The position numbers and the translations under genes were made by a program. From NCBI RefSeq assembly GCF_009914755.1, contig NC_060941.1: a stretch of DNA of 64,000 nucleotides; one strand, 5' to 3'. Position 1 is the first letter of the stretch. The number at the start of each line of letters is the position of its first letter. Shown piece after piece: positions 61,460-64,000 of this stretch. This stretch comes from the human T2T-CHM13v2.0 reference genome, Homo sapiens. The notes under the pieces were generated by a model. It did not search any database. It was not told where the DNA came from and was given only the letters and a program-made list of their open reading frames with translations.

Positions 61460-61904
61460 TCCTAAAGAAAATCACAGCAAATCAAACCTAGCACAGTACT
61501 GAAAGAATAAAGCACCTTGACCCAATTGAGTTTACTCCAGAAATGCAGAGGGCTCAATATGTGGAAGCTAATGATCTAATGTGTCACATAAATCTATCAC
61601 AAGGTGAAAGAGTACAAGAGTTTCCTTGCAGATGCTTTAAAAAAGTATTGGACAAATGTAACATCCATTCATGCTTTTAAAAATCCTTACAAAGGAGGAA
61701 TTGAAGAAAACGTCCTTCACACATGGCACTTTACATCAAGGCACTGGTTCTAAAGAACTATGACCACATCAGAGAAACAAAGCCCCAAGCTCATGCCTGT
61801 CCCTGGGAACTTGGGAGGTTGCAGACTTTTGTGGCAAAGGAACAGTCATGCATGCCTCTCTGATCCGTAGACTGTTTATATTCATGTGTGTGGCCACAGA
61901 CACC

Positions 61905-62219
61905 TTTTTTTTTCTCTCTCTCTTTTTTTTTTTTTCTGAGATGAAGTTTCCCTCTTGTTGCTTGGGCTGGAGTGCAATGGCGCGATCTCGGCTCACCACA
62001 ACCTCCGCCTCCGTGTTCAATCGATTCTCTTGCCTCAGCCTCCCAAGTAGCTGGGATTACAGGCATGTGCCATCACGCCCGGCTAATATTTGTATTTTTA
62101 GTAGAGATGAGGTTTCTCCATGTTGGTCAGGCTGGTCTTGAACTCCTGACCTCAGGTGATCTGCCCGCCTCGGCCTCCCAAAGTGCTGGGATTACAGGTG
62201 TGAGCCACCACGCAGGGCC
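61905..62219 (-). mobile_element. AluS (Sp-like)
   Basis: gtttctccatgttggtcaggctgg. Confidence 0.95.
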
Positions 62220-62494
62220 TTCTCTTTCACTCTTTAATCATCTTGGAAATGGGCTGAATTCAAAACTTGGTGAGAAATCCAACAACAGAGCAGTGGCCCA
62301 GTGTGCAGTCATGAGATGGCCCCCAGCACGCCGCTTCAGGGTTCTCACCAGTGAGTCGCTACCAGTGTCCTCTACACAGTTTTCATTATCCATCACTACC
62401 CCCAGCTTGCTTCTGACAACAGCTTCCTCCCACAGGGAGCTGTGCTGGGGATAATCCAAAGAAATCAGCACACAGAAAGTCATGTTTTCTAGAA

Positions 62495-62712
62495 CAGGAG
62501 TTATTAACCTGGGTCCCTTGGTGAACTGCAGAGATCCAAGAAGACCTTAGAATTTTATGCAAAACTTTGAGCGAGAGAGACTGTGTGTGTGTGTGTGTGT
62601 GCACATGCATTCACATGTACATGTGTGCTTATGGGTGACGAGAGAGATGATCTTTCGCTTTCATCAGTTTTTCAAAGGGGCCAACTATCTAGAGAGAGTT
62701 TGAGACTCTCCT
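62495..62712. mobile_element. hAT-Charlie MITE-like remnant with internal (TG)n
   Basis: caggagttattaacctgggtcc...tttcatcagtttttcaaagggg. Confidence 0.5.
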
Positions 62713-63444
62713 CGAAGAGTTGTCAGTGTAGATGTGATCTGGTTGCAGAACGCTCCCCCAGGAGGCTGGCTGGCTCGGCCAGGTTGGGTGGAAGTGGCTG
62801 TATGGAGATTTGCCTGAAAAGGGCCAAACCACCAAGCCATGCAGGAACAAATGCTCAGGCCAAAAACCCAGTGATACGTCTGCACAGACTTCATGGTTCT
62901 GGGGAGAAAGCTTTGGTGGAAGAAGGATATGGGAGCTGGACAAGTGACTTCCTAGATGAGACAGACAATCCAGATCAGGGCTTCTGAACCCTCCCAGAAC
63001 AGCGGCTCCTAAGAGGAACAGAATGAAGGCCTGGCAAAAAATACGGTGGAGTTTTCTGTGGTTGGGGACTCAACTCCCTGAGCTGTTGATGGAGATGCAC
63101 AAATGCAGAGGGCTCCTGAGCGGGACACGCTATCTGGTGATGGTCAGTGGAAAGGAGAAGAGAGGCCCCCCCATTAGTATTGATGACCTCAGCGTCCATA
63201 AGCTGGACCTTGGAATACGGGGAGGGGTGAGGAAGGTGGGAACGAGTCCCTGGTCTGTGTCAGACACTGAGAAGGGTGCTTGCCAGTAGTGCTATCATCT
63301 GATCCTCACAGGAGAGGGAGCCCACATACCCCACACATGAGATGTTGAAAAGAATGCTGGAGAGAATGCACCCAAAAAGCCCTTAGCAAGTATTCACTAC
63401 ATGGTAGGTATTAGTATTATGATTGTTATGATTCTCTTTTACTT

Positions 63445-63712
63445 TATATCTTTCAAGTCTCAACTCAAATATGACTTCTTCAGAGAAACCTTTCCTTAAC
63501 CCCTCAACTATATTGAGTTCCCTTTCCATAATCTCATAGTATCCCATAATTCTCACAATTGTAATTGAACAATATGTGTGTTGCATGTCTTGTCTATGAG
63601 ACTGTGAGTTCCACGGGGCAGGAACATTGCCTGTCTTGCTCAGTGTCCTCAGAGCTTGGCACATGCCTGGCTCACAGAAGGTGCGCTCCATGCAGAAGTG
63701 TTGAATGAACAA
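63445..63712. mobile_element. L2 3' end
   Basis: tcaactcaaatatgacttcttcagagaaacctttcc...agactgtgagttccacggggcagg...gttgaatgaa. Confidence 0.8.
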
Positions 63713-63759
63713 GTGAAATGTTAGCGATTAGGCAGGGGCCACATAAAGCATTGAGTGCC

Positions 63760-63865
63760 AGATTTCCATCCCACAGATGGGGAAACTGACATGCAGAGAG
63801 GTACATGGACTTAGCAAAGATCACGTGGCTAGGAGTTGGGGAGCCTGGCAGGAACTGGGCTCCAT
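63760..63865. mobile_element. MIR
   Basis: acagatggggaaactgac...gacttagcaaagatcacgtggctag. Confidence 0.7.
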
Positions 63866-64000
63866 GTGAGCCACCTTCAGCCCTCACACCCCAGCCCTGC
63901 ACTCTAACAAGGAAACCACACAAGCTCATTTGCCTAGGTCAACAACAACAACAAGACTCCTGAGGACATGAAAATGAAAAGCACACCACTCCCTCCGGGC

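Overview
Human/primate genomic DNA that lies entirely inside the PIK3R5 gene (p101 regulatory subunit of PI3K-gamma), which is transcribed on the minus strand. Four coding exons can be read directly: 14660-14558, 12340-12240, 8897-8829 and 8075-7937. All have GT-AG boundaries and splice in frame to p101 residues 1-137 ([20 protein letters not shown]...DAELKAP). The next coding exon lies left of the window. Everything right of ~14.7 kb is 5' non-coding territory, with a candidate proximal non-coding first exon/promoter near 15.8 kb. It is dominated by interspersed repeats: 25 Alus in the window, many L1 fragments, L2, MIR, an ancient CR1/L3, MaLR LTRs (THE1, MST, MLT1), hAT-Charlie elements and simple repeats. 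Nearly all ORFs in the supplied track are repeat-derived or random. I found no evidence of a new multi-gene system. The most notable observations: (i) a 62-bp idiosyncratic tract shared by two Alus of different subfamilies 40 kb apart, suggesting a hairpin-templated mutation followed by non-allelic gene conversion; (ii) an interlocked uORF arrangement at the PIK3R5 start codon; (iii) a sense-oriented THE1 solo LTR with an intact splice donor upstream of the ATG exon; (iv) several fold-back templated-insertion scars. Repeat subfamily names are recognised by eye, and repeat boundaries are approximate unless TSDs are quoted.
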